NCBI GenBank assembly: GCA_965228875.1
Contig: OZ245843.1
Coordinates: 2,407,848 to 2,471,847 of the forward strand
DNA from: Thalassobaculaceae bacterium
Lineage (GTDB): Bacteria; Pseudomonadota; Alphaproteobacteria; Thalassobaculales; Thalassobaculaceae
Direction: 5' to 3'
Length of the DNA stretch: 64,000 nucleotides
Shown: one piece after another, positions 54,540-63,623 of the stretch
Layout of the letters: every line of letters starts with the position of its first letter
Numbering within the stretch: position 1 is the stretch's first letter
Program-made: the position numbers and the translations under genes
Notes under the pieces: generated by a model
What the model was told of the DNA's origin: nothing
Database searches by the model: none
What the model saw: the letters and a program-made list of their open reading frames with translations, nothing else

Positions 54540-55505
54540 ATGGCGGTGATCCCGGCACGGTTTAGAACCGCCGGAGCGGCCGGCTCGCAGAGACGTGGGG
54601 ACCTGTCCGCCATGACCTTCTCGATGATCGAAGTCAGAACCCGGTGGATCGGCGAGGACGGGCGCGACACGACGCCCTATGAGCTGTTCGGGAAGGTCAA
54701 CGACCCGATCGCCCATTTCGTCCTGCACACCCTGGGCTGGATCCGCATCAACTATTTCGGCCAGACCTTCGAGGTATCGCTCGACCCGCGATCGGTTCGC
54801 ACCACGGCCGTCAACCGCTTCGTCGCCTGGATGCAGGAGATGCACGCGGACTCCGAGCGTCCGTGGCTGGTCAAGATCTCGGCTTTCACCGGCCGGGACT
54901 GGATCTCCGCCGCCGATACCGTGCCGGACGGGATCATCGCCTTCCTCGATCGGATCCTGGAGTTCGGCAAGCCGCCGGCGGTTCCGGAGACCCTGCAGGT
55001 CACCGACTGCCCGCTGGAGCATGCGGGTTCCTTCGGGGTCGAGGCGGTCAATACCGTCATCTCCCGGTGGCGCGAGGCCCAGCAGGGAATATCGATCGAC
55101 GACCCGGCGGTGCGGGCCCTGCTCGCCATCCAGAAGCCGGGCTGCACGGTGAAGATTCTCAGCCGCGACAGCGTTGGACGGGTCGTGTTCGGCACATACA
55201 CCCCCTCGCTGACGACCCTCTGGTCGAAGGACTCCTGGGGACGCTTCTCCGGCGCGCCGGTCAGCGAGGTGGTGCCGGACCGCGCGCTCGGATCGGCCGT
55301 CGAGCTCTCGGCCCGTCTGGCGATGGATACCGGCCAGGCCCGGGTCGAGACCTGGGAGGGTCCGGTGCTTTCGTCCTCGGGGGTGATCGCGGACCTGGCC
55401 TGGGATCGCCTGACGCTGCCCCTGACGGCCCGTCGGCCGAACGACGCGGTGCTGGTGGTGACCCATCGCCTGTCGCCGGTCGCCGACGGTCGACTCGCCG
55501 GATGA
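54540..55505 (+). CDS. Hypothetical protein with PAS_5-like C-terminal region
   Basis: GGAG RBS before ATG 54540 (54528 and 54612 are alternatives); C-terminal G.PVSEVVPD...TGQARVE...WDRLTLPL resembles PAS_5 endings. Confidence 0.55.
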   Translation: MAVIPARFRTAGAAGSQRRGDLSAMTFSMIEVRTRWIGEDGRDTTPYELFGKVNDPIAHFVLHTLGWIRINYFGQTFEVSLDPRSVRTTAVNRFVAWMQEMHADSERPWLVKISAFTGRDWISAADTVPDGIIAFLDRILEFGKPPAVPETLQVTDCPLEHAGSFGVEAVNTVISRWREAQQGISIDDPAVRALLAIQKPGCTVKILSRDSVGRVVFGTYTPSLTTLWSKDSWGRFSGAPVSEVVPDRALGSAVELSARLAMDTGQARVETWEGPVLSSSGVIADLAWDRLTLPLTARRPNDAVLVVTHRLSPVADGRLAG

Positions 55506-55593
55506 ACTGACGTTCCGGCGATCTTTCCTACCCCGGTGGAACCAAAGTGAATAACAATCACCCCTTCTCCTTCATCGGATGCAGGGGTGCACC

Positions 55594-56421
55594 ATGTACA
55601 GCTATGCCAGCCCATCACTGAAGCCGTCGACCTATCCGTTCCTGACGGCGATCGACGCAATCCATCCCGAACACGAGGCCTCGCGAGACCTCATGGCCCG
55701 GTCGGCCATGGCGCTTCAGGCCGATCTCGACCAGTACGGCTTCAGCCTCGACGTGGTCACGGACGTCCACGAGTTCACCGACATCGTGCGCTCGGTCGGC
55801 AAGTTCGTGCCCAACGCCTTCGATCCGAAGATGAAGCCGTCGCGGCCGGGCGACGTGTTCGGCCTCGTCCTGCGCGACGCCGACGGCAAGGTGGCGGCGA
55901 CCAACGGCTGCCGGCTCTATCGACTGGGCGTGACCACCCTGGCCGATCACCTCGCGACACTGGCCCTGTTCTACGCCAATCCGGTCGAGCAGATGGCGCG
56001 GGGCGAGCGTCTGGCCATCGACGGGCCGGCGAACGACTACGCCATGACCATCGATGACAAGGCGATCTGGGTCGGATGCTTCTGGGTCCGACCGGACCTG
56101 CGCAAGGCCGCGTCGAATGCCAGCTACGTGCTGCCGTTCGCGGCGCGGTTCCTCGGGGCGGCCTGGTGGGGCAAGCTGATCACCTTCTCGATCGTCGAGG
56201 CCTGGGCCCGGAAATCCCACGCGCAGAAGCGCCTGGGCGAGCCGGACGTCTACGAGCACATCCGCTGGTTCCGCCCGCACATCCCGGAGCGGACCGACAT
56301 GGTGCTGATGGTCACCGAGCCCGACGTGGCGATCGAACGCTGCGAAAAGTATCTAAACGGCGAGGGCCGGTTCTTTGTCGCTCCGACCGATCCGGAGACG
56401 GTGGTTTCCGCCGGAGGCTGA
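55594..56421 (+). CDS. Hypothetical protein, possible GNAT/acyl-transferase fold
   Basis: LVLRDADGKVAAT...RL and WVGCFWVRPDLRK resemble GNAT beta strands and motif A. Confidence 0.55.
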   Translation: MYSYASPSLKPSTYPFLTAIDAIHPEHEASRDLMARSAMALQADLDQYGFSLDVVTDVHEFTDIVRSVGKFVPNAFDPKMKPSRPGDVFGLVLRDADGKVAATNGCRLYRLGVTTLADHLATLALFYANPVEQMARGERLAIDGPANDYAMTIDDKAIWVGCFWVRPDLRKAASNASYVLPFAARFLGAAWWGKLITFSIVEAWARKSHAQKRLGEPDVYEHIRWFRPHIPERTDMVLMVTEPDVAIERCEKYLNGEGRFFVAPTDPETVVSAGG

Positions 56422-56566
56422 TCCGAAGAACCGGCTGCTGACGTAGGGAGCGGTGCGGACGCGATACGGTCCGCGCCGCGGGGTGCGTCATGTGCGACGG
56501 GCGCCCGGAGGGTCTGCTATGGTTGCGTCCGACCGGGACGGGGACGGACACTGTTCGGAGGTGCAC

Positions 56567-57409
56567 GTGACGCGCATCGTATCGTTGCCGGCGCTGCTGG
56601 CGCTGTTTCTGTTCGGCCTGACTGCCGCCGGCCCGGCCCGCTCGACGACCGGCCCGGTCCGCGCCACCTACGACGTCTATTTCGGCGGCCTGCACATTCT
56701 GTCGGCCGAGTCCGAGTTCAATCCGGCGGCGGCCGAATACGCCGTCATCGCCAGAGCGCGGACCCAGGGCATCCTGGAGGTGTTCTTCGACTGGCAGGGC
56801 GAGACCCGCTCGACCGGGCGGTTCGACGGCGCCCGTGCGGTGCCGAGATCGCATGTCAACCACGGCTGGCGCGGCGACGAGCGGCGCTCCGTGGTTCTGG
56901 ACTACGACGCCGAGGGGAGGCTCGCGTCTGCCCGCATCGATCCGCTGCCGGACCCCGACGAGGTGACGGACCTGCCGGCGAATGCGGGAGACGGCACCAT
57001 CGACCCGCTGAGCGTCCTCGCGCAACTGTCGCGCGCGGTCGTGGAGGCCGGATCGTGCAGCGGCGAGTTCGCGGTCTACGACGGTCGGCGGCGCTACGAC
57101 CTTCGGATTTCGGACCACGGCCGACATACCCTGCCGGCCACCGACTACTCGATCTTCAGCGGCGAGGCGATGGCCTGCGGCGTCGAGTACGCGATGCTCG
57201 GCGGCCAGCGGAAGGAGCGCAGCAAATATGCCGAGACCGCCCGCGAACGCGTGGTCTACGTCGCCCACCCGATCGACGGCGGCCCGCCGATCCCAGTCGG
57301 CCTGAAGATCGAGACCGATTTCGGGACGCTCATGGCCCACCTCACCGGGATCGCGTCGGGCGACCGGCTCGCCCTGCGCGACGACAGGCCGGCACGCGGA
57401 TCGCGCTGA
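56567..57409 (+). CDS. DUF3108 family exported protein
   Basis: Signal peptide, YDVYFGGL, TIDPLS, VYDGRRRYDL, IPV; GGAGG RBS before GTG 56567. Confidence 0.75.
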   Translation: MTRIVSLPALLALFLFGLTAAGPARSTTGPVRATYDVYFGGLHILSAESEFNPAAAEYAVIARARTQGILEVFFDWQGETRSTGRFDGARAVPRSHVNHGWRGDERRSVVLDYDAEGRLASARIDPLPDPDEVTDLPANAGDGTIDPLSVLAQLSRAVVEAGSCSGEFAVYDGRRRYDLRISDHGRHTLPATDYSIFSGEAMACGVEYAMLGGQRKERSKYAETARERVVYVAHPIDGGPPIPVGLKIETDFGTLMAHLTGIASGDRLALRDDRPARGSR

Positions 57410-57444
57410 CGAGCCGGCGGGAACCGGGGAGCCGGCGGGACCGG

Positions 57445-58233
57445 TCACGACGGTGCCGGGATCTCCACCGACAGGTCGCAGGCCGTCCGCCCCTGCTCGT
57501 TCAGCGCACACAGCCGAACGAGCCTGTTCTCTGTATCGCGCTCGCCGGCCAGGGTCAGCGGATCGTCCCAGAACACCGGTCGGCGGAACCGGGCGACCAG
57601 CCTCGCCGACGGCGCCGTCCGGATCCTGTCCGCCACGTATGCCGCCATCCAGGTCATGGTCATCAGTCCCTGGGCCAGCGGTGCCCGGTAGCCGTACCGG
57701 GCGGCGAAGGATGGGTCGAAGTGGATCTCGTTGCCGACCGGCCGCGAGTAAGTGGTCACCGCCTGCGGCGTCAGGGTCTTGGTGGCGATCCGCTCCTGCG
57801 GTGCGGTCTCGGGGCGGGAGGCGCCGCCGGTCCGGGCTCCCATCTTCTCCAGGTCGGGCAGCAGGCGGACATGCTCCGAGACCGCCGCGACCGACCCGTC
57901 GCTCCGGCGGACGGTGAAGCGCTGCACGATGCGGCGGCCGCGCGCCACCTCTTCGTTCGATACGGTCTCGCCGCCGAAGGACACGGCGTCGCCGAGCGCG
58001 ACCGATCCGTTCAGGGTCAGGCGCTGCTCCACGTGGATGTAGCCGTCGATGCCCTGCCCCGCCGCCGACATCGCCCGGAACCCGTCGTTGCCCCAGAGGG
58101 TCGGTTCCGCCAGTCCGCCCCACACCTCCGGATCGACGGCGCAGGCCTCCAGAGCCTCCACCTGATCTGCGGCCGCGCGGATCACGGTCCGATCCGGAAA
58201 ACGGAAGCCGGGGACCAGGGTCTCGCCGGCCAC
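57445..58233 (-). CDS. MaoC-like (double hot-dog) dehydratase
   Basis: NEIHFDPSFAARYGYRAPLAQG, ARFRRPVFWDD; N-terminal IHVEQRL hot-dog half. Confidence 0.75.
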   Translation of the reverse strand: MAGETLVPGFRFPDRTVIRAAADQVEALEACAVDPEVWGGLAEPTLWGNDGFRAMSAAGQGIDGYIHVEQRLTLNGSVALGDAVSFGGETVSNEEVARGRRIVQRFTVRRSDGSVAAVSEHVRLLPDLEKMGARTGGASRPETAPQERIATKTLTPQAVTTYSRPVGNEIHFDPSFAARYGYRAPLAQGLMTMTWMAAYVADRIRTAPSARLVARFRRPVFWDDPLTLAGERDTENRLVRLCALNEQGRTACDLSVEIPAPS

Positions 58234-58236
58234 CGG

Positions 58237-59025
58237 TCAGTCCTCGATCTCGGCGGCGTCGACCATGCCTCCGTAGACCGTATAACCGCCATCCACCGGC
58301 AGGTTCACGCCGGTCACCGTTCGGGCCAGCGGCGACGCGAGGAAGAGCATCGCGTCGGCGATGGCGCTCGGCGGCAGCATCTCGCCGAGCGGCGTGCGCC
58401 GGCGGATCGCCTTCTCGTCGATCTTGCCGGCATCGATCAGGTTCTGAACCAGCGGCGTGCGGATGTATCCGGGGGCGATGGCGTTGACGCGCACCCCATG
58501 CTGCGCCCATTCGCAAGCCAAATTCTTGGTCAGACCGACGATGCCGTGCTTGGCCGCGGTGTATGCATTGCGCCGGGGCAGCGCCAGGATCCCCGCGATC
58601 GAGGATATGTTGATGACCACCCCGTAACCGGCCGGAATCATCTCCCGAGCCGCGCGCTTCGACATCACGAAGGTCCCGGTCAGATGCACGTCGATCAGCC
58701 GTTGCCAGTGTTCCGCGGTCTGATCGATGGTGTCGAGGAAGGTGTCGGACATGCCGGCGCAATTGACCAGCACGTCGAGTCGGCCGAACGCCTCCATCGT
58801 GGCGGAAACCAGCCGGTCAGCCGTCGCCTCGGTCGAGACGTCGCCCCCTAGGCCGATATGTCCGTCACCCAGGCTCGCCGCCTTGCCCCGGGCGGAGTCC
58901 TCGTTCAGGTCGGCGATGGCGATGCGGGCGCCGCGGCGCGAAAACGCCTCGGCGGCGGCGAAGCCGATGCCGCTGGCGCCGCCGGTGATGAGCACACTCT
59001 GCCCGCTGAAATCGGTGTCGGACAT
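58237..59025 (-). CDS. SDR family NAD(P)-dependent oxidoreductase
   Basis: TGGASGIG, LVNCAG, NISS, YTAAKHG, VNAIAPG; AGGAGG RBS. Confidence 0.93.
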   Translation of the reverse strand: MSDTDFSGQSVLITGGASGIGFAAAEAFSRRGARIAIADLNEDSARGKAASLGDGHIGLGGDVSTEATADRLVSATMEAFGRLDVLVNCAGMSDTFLDTIDQTAEHWQRLIDVHLTGTFVMSKRAAREMIPAGYGVVINISSIAGILALPRRNAYTAAKHGIVGLTKNLACEWAQHGVRVNAIAPGYIRTPLVQNLIDAGKIDEKAIRRRTPLGEMLPPSAIADAMLFLASPLARTVTGVNLPVDGGYTVYGGMVDAAEIED

Positions 59026-59141
59026 CCGTTTCCTCCTGGATTGGTCCGCGCTTTCCCGGACGGGCGCGCGGTTTGCCGACACAGTCTAGGATGCGACCGG
59101 CGCGCCCGTCATCCCGCCGAAATGGTCCGGGCGGCCGCCGA

Positions 59142-60077
59142 TCAGAGGTCGCGGTCCCAGGTCTCCGCCATCATGGACACGCCGAACGCGTCGAGCGGCT
59201 CGCTCGCGACGTGTGCGAACCCGGCCTTGCGATAGATCTCACGCGCCGCCGTCAGGATGTCGTTGGTCCAGAGCGTCATGCGGGTATAGCCGGCGGACCT
59301 GGCGAAGTGCAGCGCCTCCCCGGTCAACCGCCTGCCAATGCCGAGACCACGCGCCGACGGCTCGACGTAGAGCATGCGCAGCTTGGCGGTGGCCGCATCG
59401 GCATCGACGACGAACACCGAACCGACGACCCGGCCGTCGCGCTCGGCGATCCAGCAGCAGTGGCGCGCCGGGTCGAAACTGTCGATGAAATCGGCGGCAA
59501 TACGCGCGACCAGCGCCTCGAAGCTGAGGTCGAAGCCATATTCCCGGTGATACAGCCGACCGTGAGCGGCCACCACCGCACCGATGTCGCCGGGGCGGTG
59601 CGGACGCAGGAGGTAGGGTTCGATCGATCGCGTATCGGGCTCGAGGATCCGGGTGATGGTCGCCATGGCCGACAGGAGCTGTGCCCGCTCCTCCGGCGAC
59701 AGGGCCGAGAGCGCCCGGGCGGCCACGTCCCTCGACTGTTCCTGCATCGGGGTGAAGGCCGTCCAGCCGTCTTCCGTCATCCGCAGCCGCCGGGCCCGGC
59801 CGTCACGGGCGTCGGCGGTCGCATCGATCCACCGCCGGGCGCGGAATCCCTTGAGCAGCCGACTGACATAGCCCGGATCGAGGCCGAGGTCCGTGCTGAT
59901 CTCGCGGGCCGTCGCGCCGTCGCGGTGGGCAATCTCGTACAGGATCCGCATCTCGGTCAGCGACACCGCGCTGCCCTGATGCGCCGGCCCGAGTGCGCCC
60001 ACATAGGCGGTATAGAACCGGTTGAACCGCCGGAATGCGCGGACCTCGGGAGCTGTGGAATGGACAGCGTCAGTCAT
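59142..60077 (-). CDS. Bifunctional MarR-type HTH / GNAT N-acetyltransferase
   Basis: FRRFNRFYT, SLTEMRILYEI, LDPGYVSRLL, DGRARRL; RMLYVEPSARGLGIG, LWTNDILTAAR.IY. Confidence 0.92.
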   Translation of the reverse strand: MTDAVHSTAPEVRAFRRFNRFYTAYVGALGPAHQGSAVSLTEMRILYEIAHRDGATAREISTDLGLDPGYVSRLLKGFRARRWIDATADARDGRARRLRMTEDGWTAFTPMQEQSRDVAARALSALSPEERAQLLSAMATITRILEPDTRSIEPYLLRPHRPGDIGAVVAAHGRLYHREYGFDLSFEALVARIAADFIDSFDPARHCCWIAERDGRVVGSVFVVDADAATAKLRMLYVEPSARGLGIGRRLTGEALHFARSAGYTRMTLWTNDILTAAREIYRKAGFAHVASEPLDAFGVSMMAETWDRDL

Positions 60078-60081
60078 ATCA

Positions 60082-60119
60082 ATGCTTATAGCATGTTTTT
60101 TATTGCTCTTAGCATGTTT
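60082..60119. promoter_or_regulatory. Tandem palindromic operator-like sites (TGCT-N3-AGCA x2)
   Basis: ATGCTtatAGCAT and TTGCTcttAGCAT, each followed by GTTT, 21 bp apart, directly upstream of the MarR-GNAT start. Confidence 0.6.
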
Positions 60120-60297
60120 CTTGATCCCCATCCCTCGGGTCCCCGCCTATTGGGGGCGTCGTGCGGGACGACGGGCCGGGTGGCGCGCCCCTCGCGTCGC
60201 CGAGCGCGCTCACCTCGCCCGTTTCCGCCGGCCAGCCACCGCGCTATTGTTCGGTGTCCATGCTCGACCAATGAGAACCCCCAAGGGAGAAATCGCC

Positions 60298-61836
60298 ATG
60301 TCCGCCACTTCGGACGCCAACCGGCTGACCGTGCGCCTGAGCAAGGCCGACAACGTCGTCACCGCCCGCTTCGACCTGACCCCCGGCGTGGAACTCGCCG
60401 GTGAGGGCGTGACCACTGCCGCGGCGATCCCGTCCGGCCACAAGATCGCCATCGCGCCCATCGCCGCCGGCGAACCCATCCGCAAATATGACCAGATCAT
60501 CGGCTTCGCCACCGAGGCGATCGCCCCCGGGGCCCATGTCCACGTCCACAATGTCGAGATGCAGGACTTCGAGCGCGACTACGCCTTCGGCGCCGACGTC
60601 AAGCCGACTGCCTATTTCAACGACAGCGACCGCGTCACGTTCGACGGGTTCCGGCGCGACAACGGCCGGATCGGCACGCGAAACTACATCGGCGTGTTGA
60701 CCAGCGTGAACTGCTCGGCCACGGCGGCCAGGTACATCGCCGAGGCGATCACGCCGCAAGTGATGGCGCAGTATCCGAATGTCGATGGGGTGGTGGCACT
60801 GACCCACTCGACAGGCTGCGGCATGGCCGGCGACGGCGAAGGCTACGCCAACCTGCAGCGCGTGCTCTGGGGCATGGCGCGCCACCCGAACTTCGCCGGC
60901 GTCCTGATGGTCGGCCTCGGCTGCGAGGTCAATCAGATCGACTTCCTCCTGGAGGCCTACGGCATCGAGCGGGGCGAGGCGTTCCAGACCATGAACATCC
61001 AGGACGCGGGCGGCCTGCGGAAGACCGTCGACTGGGGCTCGGGCATCGTGCGCGAGATGCTGCCGAAGGCGAACGAGGCCTCGCGGTCAGCCTGCCCGGC
61101 AAGCGAGCTGACCCTGGCGCTGCAGTGCGGCGGATCCGACGCCTATTCCGGCATGACCGCCAACCCTGCTCTCGGCGAAGCGGCCAACCTTCTGGTGCGC
61201 CACGGCGGCACCGCCGTCCTGGCCGAGACGCCGGAGATCTATGGCGCGGAGCACCTGCTCACCCGCCGCGCGGTCAGCCAGGAGGTCGGCGAGAAGCTGG
61301 TCGAGCGGATCAAGTGGTGGGAGGACTACACCGCGCGCAACGGCGGCGAGATGAACAACAACCCCTCGCCCGGCAACAAGCGCGGCGGCCTGACCACCAT
61401 TCTGGAGAAGTCGCTGGGCGCGGCGGCCAAGGGCGGCACCACCAACCTGACCGGCGTGTACAAGTACGGCGAGATCATCGACACCAAGGGCTTCGTGTTC
61501 ATGGACAGCCCCGGCTACGACCCGGCGTCGATCACCGGCGAGGTCGCCTCGGGCTCGAACATCGTGTGCTTCACCACGGGCCGCGGGTCGGTCTACGGCT
61601 GCAAGCCGGCCCCGTCGCTCAAGCTGGCCACCAACACGCCGATGTACACCCGCATGTCCGACGACATGGACATCAACTGCGGCGAAGTGCTGGACGAGGG
61701 CCTCTCCATCGAGGAGATGGGCCAGCGGATCTTCGACCGGCTGCTCGAGGTCGCCTCGGGCTCGCCCACCAAGTCGGAGGCCCAGGGCATGGGCGACAAC
61801 GAGTTCATCCCGTGGCAGATCGGCGCGGTGATGTAG
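60298..61836 (+). CDS. Altronate/galactarate dehydratase (UxaA/GarD family)
   Basis: SAF domain DNV..IPSGHKIA..HVHVHN, GTRNYIG, SVNCSA, H..GCG, LGCE, QCGGSD, NNPSPGNKRGGL, FTTGRG. Confidence 0.92.
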   Translation: MSATSDANRLTVRLSKADNVVTARFDLTPGVELAGEGVTTAAAIPSGHKIAIAPIAAGEPIRKYDQIIGFATEAIAPGAHVHVHNVEMQDFERDYAFGADVKPTAYFNDSDRVTFDGFRRDNGRIGTRNYIGVLTSVNCSATAARYIAEAITPQVMAQYPNVDGVVALTHSTGCGMAGDGEGYANLQRVLWGMARHPNFAGVLMVGLGCEVNQIDFLLEAYGIERGEAFQTMNIQDAGGLRKTVDWGSGIVREMLPKANEASRSACPASELTLALQCGGSDAYSGMTANPALGEAANLLVRHGGTAVLAETPEIYGAEHLLTRRAVSQEVGEKLVERIKWWEDYTARNGGEMNNNPSPGNKRGGLTTILEKSLGAAAKGGTTNLTGVYKYGEIIDTKGFVFMDSPGYDPASITGEVASGSNIVCFTTGRGSVYGCKPAPSLKLATNTPMYTRMSDDMDINCGEVLDEGLSIEEMGQRIFDRLLEVASGSPTKSEAQGMGDNEFIPWQIGAVM

Positions 61837-61855
61837 GGCGCCCAGGTCCCCGGCC

Positions 61856-62353
61856 GTGAGCGGTTCCTTCGCCGACAGCTATCTCGGCCAGTTGCGTAAG
61901 ATCATCGGCCCGCGCCCGGTCCTGATGCCGGGCGCGCGCATCATCGTCGAGAACGCCGCCGGCGAGATCCTGCTCATCAAGCGCGGCGACTTCAAACTCT
62001 GGGGCTGGCCCGCGGGTTCCGCCGAGATGGGCCAGTCGATCGAGGACACGGCGCGCGCCGAGGTGTTCGAGGAGACCGGGCTGACGGCGCACAACCTGGT
62101 GCCGGTCGGCTTCGCCAGCCACCCGGTGCACGACCGCATCGAGTACCCGCACGGCGACGTGCTGTTCGCCTTTGCCATGATCTTCCACGTGACGGAGTGG
62201 TCGGGCGAACCCCGGGCGGACGGGCACGAGAGCCTGGACGTCCGCTTCTTCCCTCAGGACGCCCTGCCCGAGGACCGCACCAAGCCCGTCAGCCGCACGC
62301 TCGCCGCCCTGCAGCGCTACAAGGCGAGCGGCGGGGTATTTCAGCTGACGTAA
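61856..62353 (+). CDS. NUDIX hydrolase
   Basis: YLGQLRKIIG, degenerate Nudix box PAGSAEMGQSIEDTARAEVFEETGL, YPHGD. Confidence 0.85.
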   Translation: MSGSFADSYLGQLRKIIGPRPVLMPGARIIVENAAGEILLIKRGDFKLWGWPAGSAEMGQSIEDTARAEVFEETGLTAHNLVPVGFASHPVHDRIEYPHGDVLFAFAMIFHVTEWSGEPRADGHESLDVRFFPQDALPEDRTKPVSRTLAALQRYKASGGVFQLT

Positions 62354-62359
62354 CGTCGT

Positions 62360-62455
62360 CCTGGATCCCGGACAGTGTTCCGCATTTCCGCTAAGTCGGG
62401 AGGGGTCGTTCTCCATCGACTTCCCGGAAGTGCGGAGCACTATCCGGGACCCAGG
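62360..62455. repeat. REP-like inverted doublet (units 62360-62398 minus, 62417-62455 plus)
   Basis: 39-bp unit CGACTTCCCGGA-[5-bp stem/3-nt loop]-ATCCGGGAYCCAGG in both orientations; the left unit is degenerate. Confidence 0.85.
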
Positions 62456-62513
62456 GGGAGCGCACCCACCTTCCATCGCACGATTCCACGCAACGGTATT
62501 CCATACCCTTGGC

Positions 62514-62807
62514 ATGGAGCCCTGCGTCTACATTCTCGCCAGTCAGCGGAACGGCACGCTTTACGTCGGCATGACCGCCAACCTGGTCCGGCGCGTCCAT
62601 CAACATCGCACGAAGCAGATCAAAGGCTTTACCGCGGAACACGACGTGACCCGCCTGGTCTGGTTCGAGCCCTGCCCAACCTTGGACGCGGCCCGATTTC
62701 GCGAGAAGCGCATAAAACGCTGGCGGCGCGCCTGGAAGCTGGCGTTGACCGAGCAAGAGAACCCGCAGTGGCGGGACCTTTGGGGCGATCTAGTCGCTGG
62801 GTTCTGA
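62514..62807 (+). CDS. Small GIY-YIG nuclease family protein
   Basis: 97 aa: VYILAS..NGTLYVGMT.NL.RR..QH, REKRIKRWRRAWK, NPQWRDL. Confidence 0.92.
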   Translation: MEPCVYILASQRNGTLYVGMTANLVRRVHQHRTKQIKGFTAEHDVTRLVWFEPCPTLDAARFREKRIKRWRRAWKLALTEQENPQWRDLWGDLVAGF

Positions 62808-62816
62808 GCGGCTCCC

Positions 62817-62914
62817 CCTGGATCCCGGATAGCCCGCAGGGCTTCCGGGAGGTCGAACAGGAACACACCTCCAACCGACTTCCCGGAACGCCGCAGGCGT
62901 ATCCGGGACCCAGG
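62817..62914. repeat. REP-like inverted doublet (units 62817-62855 minus, 62876-62914 plus)
   Basis: Same 39-bp unit as at 62360-62455, with different but self-complementary inner stems. Confidence 0.88.
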
Positions 62915-62922
62915 GAAATCGT

Positions 62923-63579
62923 CTACGCGCCCAAGCCGGCGAGCACCCGGCGGGTGTCGCTGACCCAGCCGAACAGGTTGCCCTCGCCATAGATCAACGA
63001 GATCGCCGCGTCATGGAGGTCCTTCGTGGTCGCCGCGCAGGCGTCCTCGACGGTGAGGCAGCGGAAACCGCGGTCCACCGCCTCGCGCATCGTCGAGGCC
63101 ACGCAGCACTGGGTCGTCACGCCGAACAGGATCACCGCCTCGATCCCCTTCCCGCGCAGAATCGCCTCGAGATCGGTACGGTAGAAGCTGCCGAACCCCG
63201 GTTTATCGATAATCGTTTCTTCCGGCAGAGGCAGGCATTCCGCGATATGCGCGTGGCCTGCCTCGCCGCGGATCAGGAACCGGCCGAGTGGTCCCGCGCG
63301 CCCGGCCACGCCGCGGTCGCGCTTGAGCGGGTGCATGTCGGACAGGTCGGGGGCGTAGCCCTCGCGGGTGTGGATCACCGTCAGGCCGGCAGCGCGGGCG
63401 GCGGCGATCAGGGCGACCGCGTTCGGGATGATCGCCCGCATGGGCGAGATGTCGTCGCCGAGCGACGCGATCAGCCCGCCCTCGTCGAGAAAGTCGCGCT
63501 GCAGGTCGATGGCGACCAGCGCCGTCGTGGCCGGGTCGGCATCGAAGCTCAGCCCGGCGTCGCAGGAGATTGTCGCCAC
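62923..63579 (-). CDS. Cysteine hydrolase (isochorismatase family, biuret-hydrolase-like)
   Basis: IDLQRDF, HTREG, GPLGRFLIRGE, DKPGFGSFY, GVTTQCCV (D-K-C triad). Confidence 0.88.
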   Translation of the reverse strand: MATISCDAGLSFDADPATTALVAIDLQRDFLDEGGLIASLGDDISPMRAIIPNAVALIAAARAAGLTVIHTREGYAPDLSDMHPLKRDRGVAGRAGPLGRFLIRGEAGHAHIAECLPLPEETIIDKPGFGSFYRTDLEAILRGKGIEAVILFGVTTQCCVASTMREAVDRGFRCLTVEDACAATTKDLHDAAISLIYGEGNLFGWVSDTRRVLAGLGA

Positions 63580-63623
63580 GGCCGCGTTCTACCCTTCGGT
63601 CTGTCGGAAAACCGGAACCGCCG

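Noticed and set aside
62360..62914. CRISPR array or IS element interpretation of the 39-bp repeats
   Set aside because: Units alternate in orientation, vary internally and have no regular spacers; there are no cas genes, no transposase and no evident target-site duplication.
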